Positions 18,801 through 27,308 of a DNA stretch of 64,000 bases are shown here, one piece after another; positions within the stretch are counted from its first letter, which is position 1, and each line of letters starts with the position of its first letter. The stretch comes from Clostridia bacterium. Its GTDB lineage: Bacteria; Bacillota; Clostridia; UMGS1883. A program made the position numbers and the translations under genes. Under the pieces are notes generated by a model. The model was not told where the DNA came from and did not search any database. It saw nothing but the letters and a program-made list of their open reading frames with translations. The DNA lies in assembly GCA_051866635.1 (NCBI GenBank), contig JBJDXJ010000038.1, forward strand, positions 64,001 through 128,000, given 5' to 3'.

Positions 18801-20545
18801 CTTATGTAATTAATTACGAACCTATTGAAAATACACCTATTATTGATATTAGACATGATTACGGTAATAAGTACATGACTGTTGGCGGTTCAGATTTTGA
18901 AATTGTAAATTCTACAAATGAATCGGTAACTGTTAGCCTTGTGCCTAATAAAGGAACATGTGAAGCTGATATCCAAAGTGTAGTATACGACTTATATCTT
19001 AATGGTGTGGCTACAGAAAAAAATAAAAATATTTATCTTCCCATAACAGGTGGTACTTTAACGCTTTCTGAAGAAGGCGAATGGGCAATCGGAAATGTAA
19101 GAATAACAACAGAAAGCGGTAAAGAGTATAATCTTCTTCCTGATTATCAAGTAGTTGCTTTAATAGACAAGACTGCTCCTGTATTTGATAATGCAGAAAC
19201 AAAACTTGTTGGTATAGGCGGTGAATTGACATTATTTGGATTGGCTGAACCTACAAATGAGCAACAGAAATTAACAGCAAAAGCTAAAGATAATTGCATA
19301 ACATATAAAGGCGGAGCATCTACTGTTTTATTCTATGAATATGCATTGCTTGAAAAAGGCATGATTGAGCCTAATTGGGAACCATTGAAGTATGAATGGA
19401 ATGACACAAAAGTTGAAACCGATGCAATTATAACAACATCTTTTGAAGGAACAGTTCTTGTTAGAGTTACAGACGTAGCAGGTAACAGCTCCGTAAAATC
19501 CATTCAGGTATTTGCAGAAGGAACCAAACCTGAAATCTCAATTACAGCTCCTTCATCTTGGCAGACAGAAGATGTTATGATCAAGGTTGATGTAGTTGAT
19601 AAAGGATTATCTTCTACAATAAAGAGTGTTACATATGAATTATTAAATGGTGCTCATAAGGAAAAAGGTGAGCTTTCGTCAATAGGTGGTTCTATCGAAA
19701 TCACACGAGAAGGAATAACTAAAGTTAAAATAACTGCAGAAGATTATGCCGGAAACATTGAAACAATAGATACTTGTGAAGTAAAGATTGATAAAACTGC
19801 TCCTGAATACTCAGGCATAGTTGAGTTGCTTGGTGTTTATAATGAACACGAAATTCCCGAAAGTAAATGGAACGTTATCCATGACGGTTGGACATATAAC
19901 CATAATGTAAGCCTTGAAGGAATTGAAGATACTCATTCGGGAATTAAGAAAGTGAATATTACTTTTACAGGTGATGACGGTGCCGTAACTGAAACTACAC
20001 TTAATTCAAGTCAGACAAGTAGCAGCTTCTCTGAAAACGGCAAGTATGATCTTACTTTGATTGACAATGCAGGTAATGTTAGAAATATCAGCTTTACAAT
20101 CAATAAAGATTTACAGAATGTAATCAATGTCATTGGTATAGATGAATTCGGTAAGCTGAATATCGCAGTTACAGATGGTGATGATATGCTTACGTTCTAT
20201 AAGAAAGAAAACAGCGAAAGCAAATACACCAAGATGTATAATGGTATAACAAACCAGTTAATTGATGGTAAGACCGGCGTACGTTATATCTACGGACAGA
20301 ATGATGCAGGTAAGAAATCAAATACATTGTATGTAATTGTTGCTCCAAGTACTGAATATGGAATTTCATTAATGAGTCTTAGCTCGATACCTAACAGATA
20401 TTTGAATATTGATGCTGAAGGCGAAAAGGTTACTGTTACGAAGATTGATGAAATTTTCAATCCCGGAATCAATGAAAACATCTCCGTTGGTTCTGTTGTT
20501 GAAATCAACGAAGATGGTATATATTCAATTACAACTAATGATTAA
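12848..20545 (+). CDS. Giant secreted Ig-like repeat protein (adhesin-like), 2565 aa, no recognisable anchor
   Basis: Signal peptide MKSKKFTAWILVMAML; many DxAGN ... IDxTAP/VDKINP repeat signatures; acidic; no SLH, LPxTG or C-terminal TM segment. Confidence 0.8.
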   Translation: MKSKKFTAWILVMAMLVTMLPSSLALATGDHTTPAPYPVIVTDVFSEMTNDISGVDKGTDLDLTGTTNDALPTVNSAVGAETVLDGVDGTVYHNADSEINNMRRKQILTFVAKSQDDSNFINSSTSTGVAEHAVEIAYLDTDREPLEIDLDSEEFEVIGSGDWSNAWIDLSQDVQQTDRTLETFLTKELEGINPELLTAAQLFATGDMVSFMIYNVIRSDFAGYLRIKITDNNGNTTVQDYPIVADGQYPAVSISTSTYKNPVGENVENSAVTTVAENTFINEMDFVTVMEDTEENKEENETDNIHKSYRWHNLDKDALQNALNWEDENYKPEDIWAMGDISIDEIKISDLLVTSGIESVKYSVANYGLKENVTPSTLEGTIELTYDPATKTCSAGTPIVISNEGFNVLAITAVDNSGLKTTNRYYFYMDTTAPKAKFDLVELDKNVVSLFTDADTVTNRQQAIDMSESDDVTASVDVISGLEDATAGETENNKMYQYRLLATKAGATEGGNVPDGYTATVLDKEGNDLSGWKIWTGETETPVIDKEFDGIVQVRVQDRAGNWSPIVSVTSDGKETIITDNTNPVIDVKEYALDTNGDTIGNTDAEIIGGTATDILITSARVTETTDGEIENEVIHTITGDVAPWINDSAVLEVKITDEDLANEIRSSGLKKGQINVTAEFNAENENKKVKIWNKNGVDKKNVDDSFNLTEDYIFGTETDKDLTFYIEYEGTGVVDITVSVKDQADVNDGDVFSTIYTTQLRVDKINPYIIYKGYDITDKANEDLLKANHEKVDYEVRNMPWGPNSQVLEVVVKDDDITPIQSKTKNIRFNADKELDLYEYVGGVFTKIKTYAAGNDNVVSLSDCEELANEKYESNVGYKFYLVYEGTGIAKVEFFADDSATAPNVRDYPSIATAAEAEPVLYDAMLRVDKINPEIKNVKLVETDIDVEDKGWSLFSFNETNVEVNTRKQMKITFEIVDENTTTEQSGVNIQNEKISGVDLIDVYKNYVEKDKTHLYDNKPTTYTTDDVNDKAVDPNIDYILLPVEAGSINGTGGNFEEAASASNEAIEALVAEYLDKVYNADGDKCEWKKASWKDGGIVVPDEFQGAIVIRTIDRVGNIDYAEAITFVAESREALIDFNPQNGYIWSQNNYGWSKRDYDYVEIRVKDDNEDKVDAWLENVFISVTDLEGNDISTKETVKFAPNDPSLKIDPSAYTYVSLSDFTNEAAYGYDVIDAYGLVEKLYRDSEGYIHLGYVRVAESAQIKVTIFDKAKHNDVEYTGNKTTGIWTSRIDRTAPTVNVKVVAIPASEHGAADNNKVVLGLKADIIDNESGVAPYITDGTYNVYTPENVPASGVFASDKSFLYKVTNDADAEVERFDSGTFNTRQYELPGLQYALIPENGKLENVKPWNFETDPKTVYDENGYNGNMGATYVWHNYVDDKTPILPEEGFDGYIVVRAIDKAGNITVIGCAPTIDIEAAEGWQKETQLIHVKASPKTGNITTVEYMGNNNLLTHDEAGNLVTRNIYAEAISGAGTFIEVTEEGITDVIITASEEYTAQQTVKAASDERNATWEGSMIVGNATPSGYEDFKFQTVQVKIDKTAPTFEFTLVDAANEEIVTSSRGFGIKVADGEEIVDPIPNLPDVVGYRSHISSGIAKVEYCVASEGMEEWHEVDKATWETGVIKAYEDNAAITGTVKVRVTDNAGNVTEKSKSINIDSAIPIISISKSYDSKWSNKPVEVKVTVSSGAEFSDISSVYYTVTGGTEGELPVTGGTITIGQEGVYEVSVKALTKSGKSLEAWTDVHIDWTAPDFELELTDGEDVLADGAKTGNAVTVNVKDIIDNVSGVKSIEWCKVAEGSVNEQWNNITSAKTATIEKAEAFTGTVKVRVTDEAGNVTVKTQRVIHNDDVAMPELVGVASGSWKIDNDTVTVASYADDKVKVRYSNNGEPWTDVIENSITLVPGANRIRLQAYREDCGCESDVRTYVINYEPIENTPIIDIRHDYGNKYMTVGGSDFEIVNSTNESVTVSLVPNKGTCEADIQSVVYDLYLNGVATEKNKNIYLPITGGTLTLSEEGEWAIGNVRITTESGKEYNLLPDYQVVALIDKTAPVFDNAETKLVGIGGELTLFGLAEPTNEQQKLTAKAKDNCITYKGGASTVLFYEYALLEKGMIEPNWEPLKYEWNDTKVETDAIITTSFEGTVLVRVTDVAGNSSVKSIQVFAEGTKPEISITAPSSWQTEDVMIKVDVVDKGLSSTIKSVTYELLNGAHKEKGELSSIGGSIEITREGITKVKITAEDYAGNIETIDTCEVKIDKTAPEYSGIVELLGVYNEHEIPESKWNVIHDGWTYNHNVSLEGIEDTHSGIKKVNITFTGDDGAVTETTLNSSQTSSSFSENGKYDLTLIDNAGNVRNISFTINKDLQNVINVIGIDEFGKLNIAVTDGDDMLTFYKKENSESKYTKMYNGITNQLIDGKTGVRYIYGQNDAGKKSNTLYVIVAPSTEYGISLMSLSSIPNRYLNIDAEGEKVTVTKIDEIFNPGINENISVGSVVEINEDGIYSITTND

Positions 20546-20612
20546 TTAAACTAATTGTGCAGAGAGTAGTTTATGCTACTCTCTGCCAAAACTTAGAGAA
20601 AGGACAGATACT

Positions 20613-21965
20613 ATGAAAAAAATTATTTCTTGCATTCTTGCAGTTACAATACTGTGTTGCAGTGCTGTCGCTTTTGCTGATGAAAAAGAGGTTGTAATTG
20701 ATACTGAAGTGCCTGTATTTAAAGATTTAGTGGATGGTTCAAGCTATTCCGGAAGCAAAACAGTTGAAATTGCAGATTTAAGCCAAGTTAACTGTGTTTT
20801 AATGAAATCCGGAAAAGGAACAGTTAGTTTTGCCGGCAAAACATTTGAAGGTTATACGAAAGTTGCGGAAGAATATAATCTTGATTGTATAAACTACACT
20901 GAGGTAGCTACTGTTTCTGATGTAGGTTCGTATATGATATATGCAACAGACATCTACAATCACGATATTGCTGTAAGATTTACAATAACCAAATCAGGCG
21001 AAGGCACCGGCGGTGGCGGAGGCGGTGGTAGTGACACTACAACAGTTAAACAACCATACGCTAACGGCGATCCTGATAATGTAAAAGGAACTGTGACAGC
21101 AGGTAAAAAAATCACATTAGATACTGATACAGGAAATGCGAAGATATATTATACAACCGATGGAACGACCCCCACAAGTAAAAGCAGGCGTTATGATGCA
21201 AACATCGGCATCATTTTGAAGGAAGGTCAGATCCTGAAAGCAGTTGCGATTAAGGGCGGCATATCAAGTGAAGTCTCCGAGTGGATATGTACTTCATTCA
21301 AAAAGGGTGAATCTGTTGTTAAAGATGTGTTAGAAACAGAAGAACATATTGTTTATATGTTCGGTTATCCGGATAAAACCTTCGGACCAAACGACAATAT
21401 GACACGTGCAGAAGTAGCAACAATGTTCACAAGACTTATGAAGGATAAAATGGATAGTGATGTCGTATATGAATCTTCATTTTCAGATGTTACGCCGGAT
21501 GCATGGTATTATAACTATGTGGGATATATAGAAAAGTTCGGAATCATCACCGGTTATGAAGATGGTACGTTCAGACCTCAAAACACTATAACAAGAGCAG
21601 AATTTGTTACTATGGCAAGTCGTTTCGCAACTGTCAGCAAAGAGTTTGAGTGTGACTTTACAGATGTTACAACAGAACATTGGGCATATGATTACATTGC
21701 ATTTGCCGCCGGCAACAGTTGGATTGGTGGCTATGAGGATAACACATTCAGAGCCGATAATACAATAAGCAGAGCAGAAGTTGTAACTATTGTAAATAAT
21801 ATGCTTATCAGAAATGCTGATAAAGAATATGTGAATGCTAATAAAGCATTGCTTACATTGTTTGCTGATGTGAACGAAGAACATTGGGCTTATTATAATA
21901 TCATTGAGGCAACAAATGAACATACTTATAAAGTAAATGACAATGTGGAAAAATGGAATCAATAA
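20613..21965 (+). CDS. SLH-anchored protein: Ig-like module, Gly linker, Fn3-associated/chitobiase-type domain, 3x SLH
   Basis: Signal peptide; IYYTTDGTTP; GYPDKTFGP..TRAEVA, GYEDGTFRP..TRAEF, GYEDNTF..SRAEVV. Confidence 0.88.
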   Translation: MKKIISCILAVTILCCSAVAFADEKEVVIDTEVPVFKDLVDGSSYSGSKTVEIADLSQVNCVLMKSGKGTVSFAGKTFEGYTKVAEEYNLDCINYTEVATVSDVGSYMIYATDIYNHDIAVRFTITKSGEGTGGGGGGGSDTTTVKQPYANGDPDNVKGTVTAGKKITLDTDTGNAKIYYTTDGTTPTSKSRRYDANIGIILKEGQILKAVAIKGGISSEVSEWICTSFKKGESVVKDVLETEEHIVYMFGYPDKTFGPNDNMTRAEVATMFTRLMKDKMDSDVVYESSFSDVTPDAWYYNYVGYIEKFGIITGYEDGTFRPQNTITRAEFVTMASRFATVSKEFECDFTDVTTEHWAYDYIAFAAGNSWIGGYEDNTFRADNTISRAEVVTIVNNMLIRNADKEYVNANKALLTLFADVNEEHWAYYNIIEATNEHTYKVNDNVEKWNQ

Positions 21966-21978
21966 GGAGGTATGGAAG

Positions 21979-23082
21979 ATGAGAAAAGTACTTTCTATAT
22001 TGATGGCTGTTATTATTATATTGACTCTTAGCAGTGTGATTGTGGTGTTCGGTTACGATGGTAATGTTTTGTATTCAGATGTAAACTCAAATCATTGGGC
22101 ATTTGAAGCTATATCTTTTGCTACGGAGAAAAAGTGGTTTAATGGATATTCCGACGGCACTTTTTGTCCCAACAATACAATTTCACGGGCAGAGGCTACA
22201 AAAGTATTGGTTTCTTTGCTTGAAAGAGACGTTAAAAAAATATCAGATACCAGTTATAGTGATGTATTCGTTACAGATTGGTATGCCCCTTATATAGAGG
22301 CGGGGAAGGATTTGTTTCTCAACGTCAAGGATGGCGGAAAATTCAAGCCAAATACTCCTATCTCTCGTGAAGAAACTGTTTATGCTTTGGTTCGTGGAAT
22401 GAAATTTAACATTTCTGTTGAATATGTGGATCAGTCAATGCTTGAAAAATTCACTGATGCCAAGGAAATAGATGATTCGATAAAGCCATATTTTACAATA
22501 GCGATGCAGAAAAAGTTAATTTCAGGATATAGCGATGGAACTGTTAAAGCAAAAGATTCGTTAACCAGAGCAGAGTTTGCAACATTGCTGTACCGAGCGT
22601 ACCGGATTAGCCAAGGAAAAGGCATTGACCAAATCGAAATGACAAATGATGAGGCAAAAAGTTACGAAGAGTCTTATGAAGACTATGAATTAACCGATTC
22701 AAGTGAAATAGCTTTTAGAAAGGCTGTTGTAACACTGGTTAATGAGATACGTAATGACTATGGTTTGAATCAGCTTTCAGAAAATCCCGATCTTGCAAAA
22801 GTAGCACAGATGAAAGCTGAAGATATGCAAAATAATGACTATTTTGACCATCAGTCTCCGACTTATGGTTCACCTTTCGATATGATGGATGAATTCGGCA
22901 TATCATATATAAGTGCCGGAGAAAACATAGCAAAAGGACAATCAACTCCCCAAGAGGTTGTAGATAGTTGGATGAACTCAATGGGACATAGAGAGAATAT
23001 TTTAGATCCTTCATATGATCAGATAGGAATTGGCTATTCGGCAGATGAAGATATTTGGGTTCAAATGTTTATAGGTCAGTAA
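21979..23082 (+). CDS. SLH (x3) + CAP/SCP domain protein
   Basis: N-terminal SLH motifs; C-terminal LVNEIR, AQMKAEDM, YFDHQSPTYGSPF, GENIA, WMNSMGHRENIL; start after aaggagg. Confidence 0.9.
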   Translation: MRKVLSILMAVIIILTLSSVIVVFGYDGNVLYSDVNSNHWAFEAISFATEKKWFNGYSDGTFCPNNTISRAEATKVLVSLLERDVKKISDTSYSDVFVTDWYAPYIEAGKDLFLNVKDGGKFKPNTPISREETVYALVRGMKFNISVEYVDQSMLEKFTDAKEIDDSIKPYFTIAMQKKLISGYSDGTVKAKDSLTRAEFATLLYRAYRISQGKGIDQIEMTNDEAKSYEESYEDYELTDSSEIAFRKAVVTLVNEIRNDYGLNQLSENPDLAKVAQMKAEDMQNNDYFDHQSPTYGSPFDMMDEFGISYISAGENIAKGQSTPQEVVDSWMNSMGHRENILDPSYDQIGIGYSADEDIWVQMFIGQ

Positions 23083-23105
23083 TTATAAAAGAAAGGGAGA
23101 TTTAT

Positions 23106-25076
23106 ATGAAGAAAATAGTAAGTTTAATAATTTGTGCGGCATTCTTATTTTCCATGACGGTAACATCCTTTGCGGCACTGTCATATGGCTCCGAATGGGA
23201 TGGATATTATCATGACGCAACAACAACGTATGCAGATGTACCTTCTTCTCATTGGGCATACAATGCAATTATGAGATCTACTGAGAAGAATTGGTTTGGT
23301 GGTTATCCCGATGGAACTTTCAGACCTGATGGTCCTATTAAAAGAGCAGAAGCTCTTAAGGTTTTTGTTGTATTTTTAGGATTAGAGCTTGAAGATGTAA
23401 CAGAAAGTACTTTTTATGATGTAGATCCTAATAAGTGGTATGCACCTTACATAGAAGCCGGAAAAGACTTGTTCCCTACACATACAACAAATCAGGGAAA
23501 GACACCATTTAATCCTGAAATGCCTGTGACAAGAGAAGATACAATCTATGCTCTTGTTAAAGCACTGGGTTACAATGTTGGTGTAAAATATGTTGATGAG
23601 TCTATATTAAATATGTTTTCAGATAAAAATAGCATTTCGGGAGATATAAGACCTTATTTTGCTATTGCACTTCAAAACGAATTAGTATCAGGATTTCCTG
23701 ATGGAACAATTCGTGCACAGGATTCTCTTACAAGGGCAGAATTTGCAACGTTGTTATATCGTGGTAGCTTTGTAGGATTTAATGATGCGTATGAAGCTAT
23801 TATAGACTCTGTAACCGTAACACCTACAACCAGCATCGAAATGACTGTCGGCGAAACAATCACATTATCGGCAAGAGCTACATACACAGATAAAACGAAC
23901 AAGCCTTATACCGAATTATCGCCCTATGATGCAAACGGCAATGGAGTTATAACATTAAAAGGAACAACTATCACAGCCGTTAAGGAAGGTACAGCAGTAA
24001 TCAAATACAATGATTCTTATTTGAAAAAAGAATCTTTGACAATAACTGTTAAGAATCCTACTGAAGGTCCAAGCTTGAAAGTTACAGATTATGACGACAT
24101 AACAAAAGAATCAACTATGGAAATCAAGGGCCGTGTTACTGACAAAAACGGTGATGTTGATTTAACCTGTAATGGCAAGGATGTTGCTGTAAAAAGCGAT
24201 GGTAGCTTTGCTGTAACAGTTTCACTTGTAATTGGTACAAATAACATTCAGTTTGTGGCTGAAAATATTTATGGTGTGGAAACAACAAAGAGCGTTACTA
24301 TTATAAGAGAAAAAGAAGAAACAACATCAACAACAGTACCCGACACAGATTCCGATGGTGACGAAAAGGAAGAAAAGGAAGAAAAAGAAGATAAAGAAGA
24401 AACTGTCTCTGCTCCAACAACGCCTTCAAGCGGAGAAGAAGGAACACCTTATTTAACCTTTGATAAGAGCACGGGAACAATTACAAAATGCGGCACAAGC
24501 GTTGCCGATATTGAAATTCCTGACAAAATCGAAGGTGTAAACGTGCACATCATAGGCGAAGGTGCTTTTGAAGGTTGTACTTATCTTGAAAGTATTACAT
24601 TCCCTTCAACTTTAAAGACCATAAAGGCATCTGCATTCAGCAGATGTACACACCTTTTAGAAGTGAAAATTCCCGAAGGAACAACAAGCATTGGTGCAAA
24701 TGCATTTGATGGATGTGTTTATCTTACAGATGCTGTCATACCCGAAGGTATTAAGAAGATTGCAGATGAATTGTTCATCGGATGTAAGAGGTTGAAAAAC
24801 ATCTCTTTACCCGAAACAGTTAAAGAAATCGGTGCAAATGCCTTTGAAGGTTGTAAGAGCTTGGAAGAGGTTGTATTGCCCGAATCTACAACTACTATAA
24901 AAGACGGCGCATTTAAAAATTGTGGCGGTCTTCAGAAAATCGTTATTCCCGACAATGTAACAACTATTGCAGATGATGCATTCGACGGATGTAACGCACT
25001 CACAATCTATGCTTCCGTTAGTTCGTATGCAATAGAATATGCAAAAGAAAACGGTATTGCTTGGGCAATTCTCTGA
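23106..25076 (+). CDS. SLH (x3) + Ig-like + BspA-type leucine-rich repeat protein
   Basis: SLH motifs; acidic linker; repeated IxxxAFxGCxxLxxIxxP units. Confidence 0.9.
   Translation: MKKIVSLIICAAFLFSMTVTSFAALSYGSEWDGYYHDATTTYADVPSSHWAYNAIMRSTEKNWFGGYPDGTFRPDGPIKRAEALKVFVVFLGLELEDVTESTFYDVDPNKWYAPYIEAGKDLFPTHTTNQGKTPFNPEMPVTREDTIYALVKALGYNVGVKYVDESILNMFSDKNSISGDIRPYFAIALQNELVSGFPDGTIRAQDSLTRAEFATLLYRGSFVGFNDAYEAIIDSVTVTPTTSIEMTVGETITLSARATYTDKTNKPYTELSPYDANGNGVITLKGTTITAVKEGTAVIKYNDSYLKKESLTITVKNPTEGPSLKVTDYDDITKESTMEIKGRVTDKNGDVDLTCNGKDVAVKSDGSFAVTVSLVIGTNNIQFVAENIYGVETTKSVTIIREKEETTSTTVPDTDSDGDEKEEKEEKEDKEETVSAPTTPSSGEEGTPYLTFDKSTGTITKCGTSVADIEIPDKIEGVNVHIIGEGAFEGCTYLESITFPSTLKTIKASAFSRCTHLLEVKIPEGTTSIGANAFDGCVYLTDAVIPEGIKKIADELFIGCKRLKNISLPETVKEIGANAFEGCKSLEEVVLPESTTTIKDGAFKNCGGLQKIVIPDNVTTIADDAFDGCNALTIYASVSSYAIEYAKENGIAWAIL
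23230..23765 (+). repeat. SLH-coding direct repeat, copy 1 (copy 2 at about 25282-25817)
   Basis: Near-identical DNA at offset 2052, including an identical run 23346-23470 = 25398-25522. Confidence 0.9.
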
Positions 25077-25145
25077 TAATATATTAACGATACGGAAAGG
25101 CGGCATACTATGCCGTCTTTCCAAAAATAGAAAGGAGTTCTTAAC

Positions 25146-27260
25146 ATGAAATGTAAAGCAAAAAAGATAGTCACATTATTGTTAAGTGTTTTTATAATCT
25201 TATCTGCAATCAATTTTAATGTATTTGCTTTGGGGTACGGTTCTGAATGGGCAGAATACGACAATTCCAAGGAACAAAAGTATGCAGATGTACCTTCTTC
25301 TCATTGGGCATATGAAGCAATTAGCAGAGCAAGCAGCAAAAATTGGTTTGGTGGTTATCCCGATGGAAATTTCAGACCTGATGGTCCTATTAAAAGGGCA
25401 GAAGCTCTTAAGGTTTTTGTTGTATTTTTAGGATTAGAGCTTGAAGATGTAACAGAAAGTACTTTTTATGATGTAGATCCTAATAAGTGGTATGCACCTT
25501 ACATAGAAGCCGGAAAAGACTTATTCCCTACACATACAACAAATCAGGGAAAAACACCATTTAATCCTGAAATGCCTGTGACAAGAGAAGATACAATTTA
25601 TGCTCTTGTTAATGCACTTGGTTATCAGGTTGGTGCAAAATATGTTGATGAGTCTGTATTAGATATGTTTACAGATAAAAATAGCATTTCAAAAGATATA
25701 AGACCTTATTTTGCTATTGCACTCGAAAATGAACTTGTGTCAGGTTTTCCGGATGGAACAATTCGTGCACAGGATTCTCTTACAAGAGCTGAATTTGCAA
25801 CACTTTTATACAGAGGATCTTTCGTAGGACATAGTGACAACTACGAGGCAAAAATATCAAATGTAACAGTTTCTCCGGAGTCACCGATAGAAATTGAAAT
25901 TGGTGAAAGTGTTACGTTGACAGCAAGAGCAACATATACAGATGGAACAAATCAGGCATATTCAAGTTTGCAGCCTTATGATGCCGAAAACAATGGTGTT
26001 ATATCCTTAAGCGGAACAACAATCACAGGAATTAAAGAAGGAACAACAACAATTAAGTATAATGATTCATATCTTAAGAAAGATAGTTTAACGGTTATTG
26101 TTAAAAAGCCGACGGATGCTCCTAAAATAAAAGTTACTGATTATCCTGATACAACTGATGAAAGCAGAGTAACCATTTCCGGTACAGTTATTGACAAAAA
26201 TGTTGCAACTGTTGATTTTACATGCAACAGTAAAGATGTATTGTTAAATGAAGATGGTAGCTTCAGCACGATTGTATCGTTAAGACCGGGTGAAAATACT
26301 ATCAAGTTCACGGCGGTAAATGAATATAGTATGTCAGCAGAGAAAACAATAGAAGTCACAAGAACAAGTGCTCCGATTATCTTTATAACAAAATACAAAA
26401 ATAGCACAGTTGCTTCTAAAACAACTGTTGAAGGTATAATTACAGACAGCGATCTTTCTACCGTAAAACTTTCCTGTAACGGTGCAGATATAAGAATAAA
26501 TGCAGATGGTAGTTTTGCAACGGAAGTTGCATTGAAAATGGGCAAAAATCCTTTTACATTTACTGCAACAAATCAATACGAAAAAACAGCACAGCAGGCA
26601 ATAGAAATAACACGGTATGAGATTATCGATGAACCTAACGATGTTCCGGATGTTCCGGATTATGAAAAAATAAAAGGTAAGGTAGAACTTGTTTTTGTAA
26701 TTGATGCAACAGGCTCTATGTGTGATGAGATAGGAAATGTTAAAACAAATATCAGTGAATTTGCGGCACATTTAGAAGAAATGGGCGTAGATCTTAAAAT
26801 GAGTGTAGTTGAATACAGGGATATTACTTGCGATGAGCCTACTAAAGTTCATAAATATGCAGGCAATACATGGCACACAAGTTCAGAAAGCTTAATAACC
26901 ACATTGGCGTCTATCGATGCTTCCGGTGGCGGAGATGCTCCTGAAAGTGTTCTTGACGGATTCGGTCATGTTTTAGACAACAGACATATGGATTGGTCAG
27001 AGGATGCATTTAAGTTTGCTGTTCTTCTTACAGATGCAAGCTATAAGACAGAAAATACATACGGTTATAGCAGTCTAGAAGAAATTGCTGATAAGCTTGC
27101 ATCAAAGAACTTGAATACATCTGTTATAACTTCAACCTCTCTTTTTAAGACCTATAATGTTTTAACCAGTAAAACAGGCGGTTTACAGGTTGATATAACA
27201 TCAGACTTTGATAAGGCTTTGTCAGATTTGGCAGATAAAATTATTGACAGATCTTTGTGA
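25146..27260 (+). CDS. SLH (x3) + Ig-like + von Willebrand A domain protein
   Basis: SLH paralogous to the upstream gene; LVFVIDATGSM (MIDAS-like), EYRD, GGGDAPES, LLTDA. Confidence 0.9.
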   Translation: MKCKAKKIVTLLLSVFIILSAINFNVFALGYGSEWAEYDNSKEQKYADVPSSHWAYEAISRASSKNWFGGYPDGNFRPDGPIKRAEALKVFVVFLGLELEDVTESTFYDVDPNKWYAPYIEAGKDLFPTHTTNQGKTPFNPEMPVTREDTIYALVNALGYQVGAKYVDESVLDMFTDKNSISKDIRPYFAIALENELVSGFPDGTIRAQDSLTRAEFATLLYRGSFVGHSDNYEAKISNVTVSPESPIEIEIGESVTLTARATYTDGTNQAYSSLQPYDAENNGVISLSGTTITGIKEGTTTIKYNDSYLKKDSLTVIVKKPTDAPKIKVTDYPDTTDESRVTISGTVIDKNVATVDFTCNSKDVLLNEDGSFSTIVSLRPGENTIKFTAVNEYSMSAEKTIEVTRTSAPIIFITKYKNSTVASKTTVEGIITDSDLSTVKLSCNGADIRINADGSFATEVALKMGKNPFTFTATNQYEKTAQQAIEITRYEIIDEPNDVPDVPDYEKIKGKVELVFVIDATGSMCDEIGNVKTNISEFAAHLEEMGVDLKMSVVEYRDITCDEPTKVHKYAGNTWHTSSESLITTLASIDASGGGDAPESVLDGFGHVLDNRHMDWSEDAFKFAVLLTDASYKTENTYGYSSLEEIADKLASKNLNTSVITSTSLFKTYNVLTSKTGGLQVDITSDFDKALSDLADKIIDRSL

Positions 27261-27269
27261 TTTAAAATC

Positions 27270-27308
27270 AGTGTGGTTGCTTCATTAATTTGAGGCAACC
27301 ACACTTTA
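27270..27308 (+). terminator. Terminator closing the SLH gene run
   Basis: agtgtggttgcttca-ttaatt-tgaggcaaccacact followed by tta. Confidence 0.65.

Noticed and set aside
20545-20613. Frameshift or pseudogene split of one gene
   Set aside because: The second ORF has its own SD and intact signal peptide and a hairpin separates the two, so they are treated as two genuine genes.
24360-24400. 9-bp tandem repeats (EKE units), and the similar Gly, Ser and DVP linker repeats elsewhere, as phase-variation tracts
   Set aside because: In-frame multiples of three encoding flexible linkers; slippage would not switch expression.
23230-25817. Diversity-generating retroelement TR/VR pair (also prompted by the Avd-like four-helix-bundle fragment)
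   Set aside because: No reverse transcriptase in the window; inspected mismatches are synonymous, go in both directions and are not adenine-specific.
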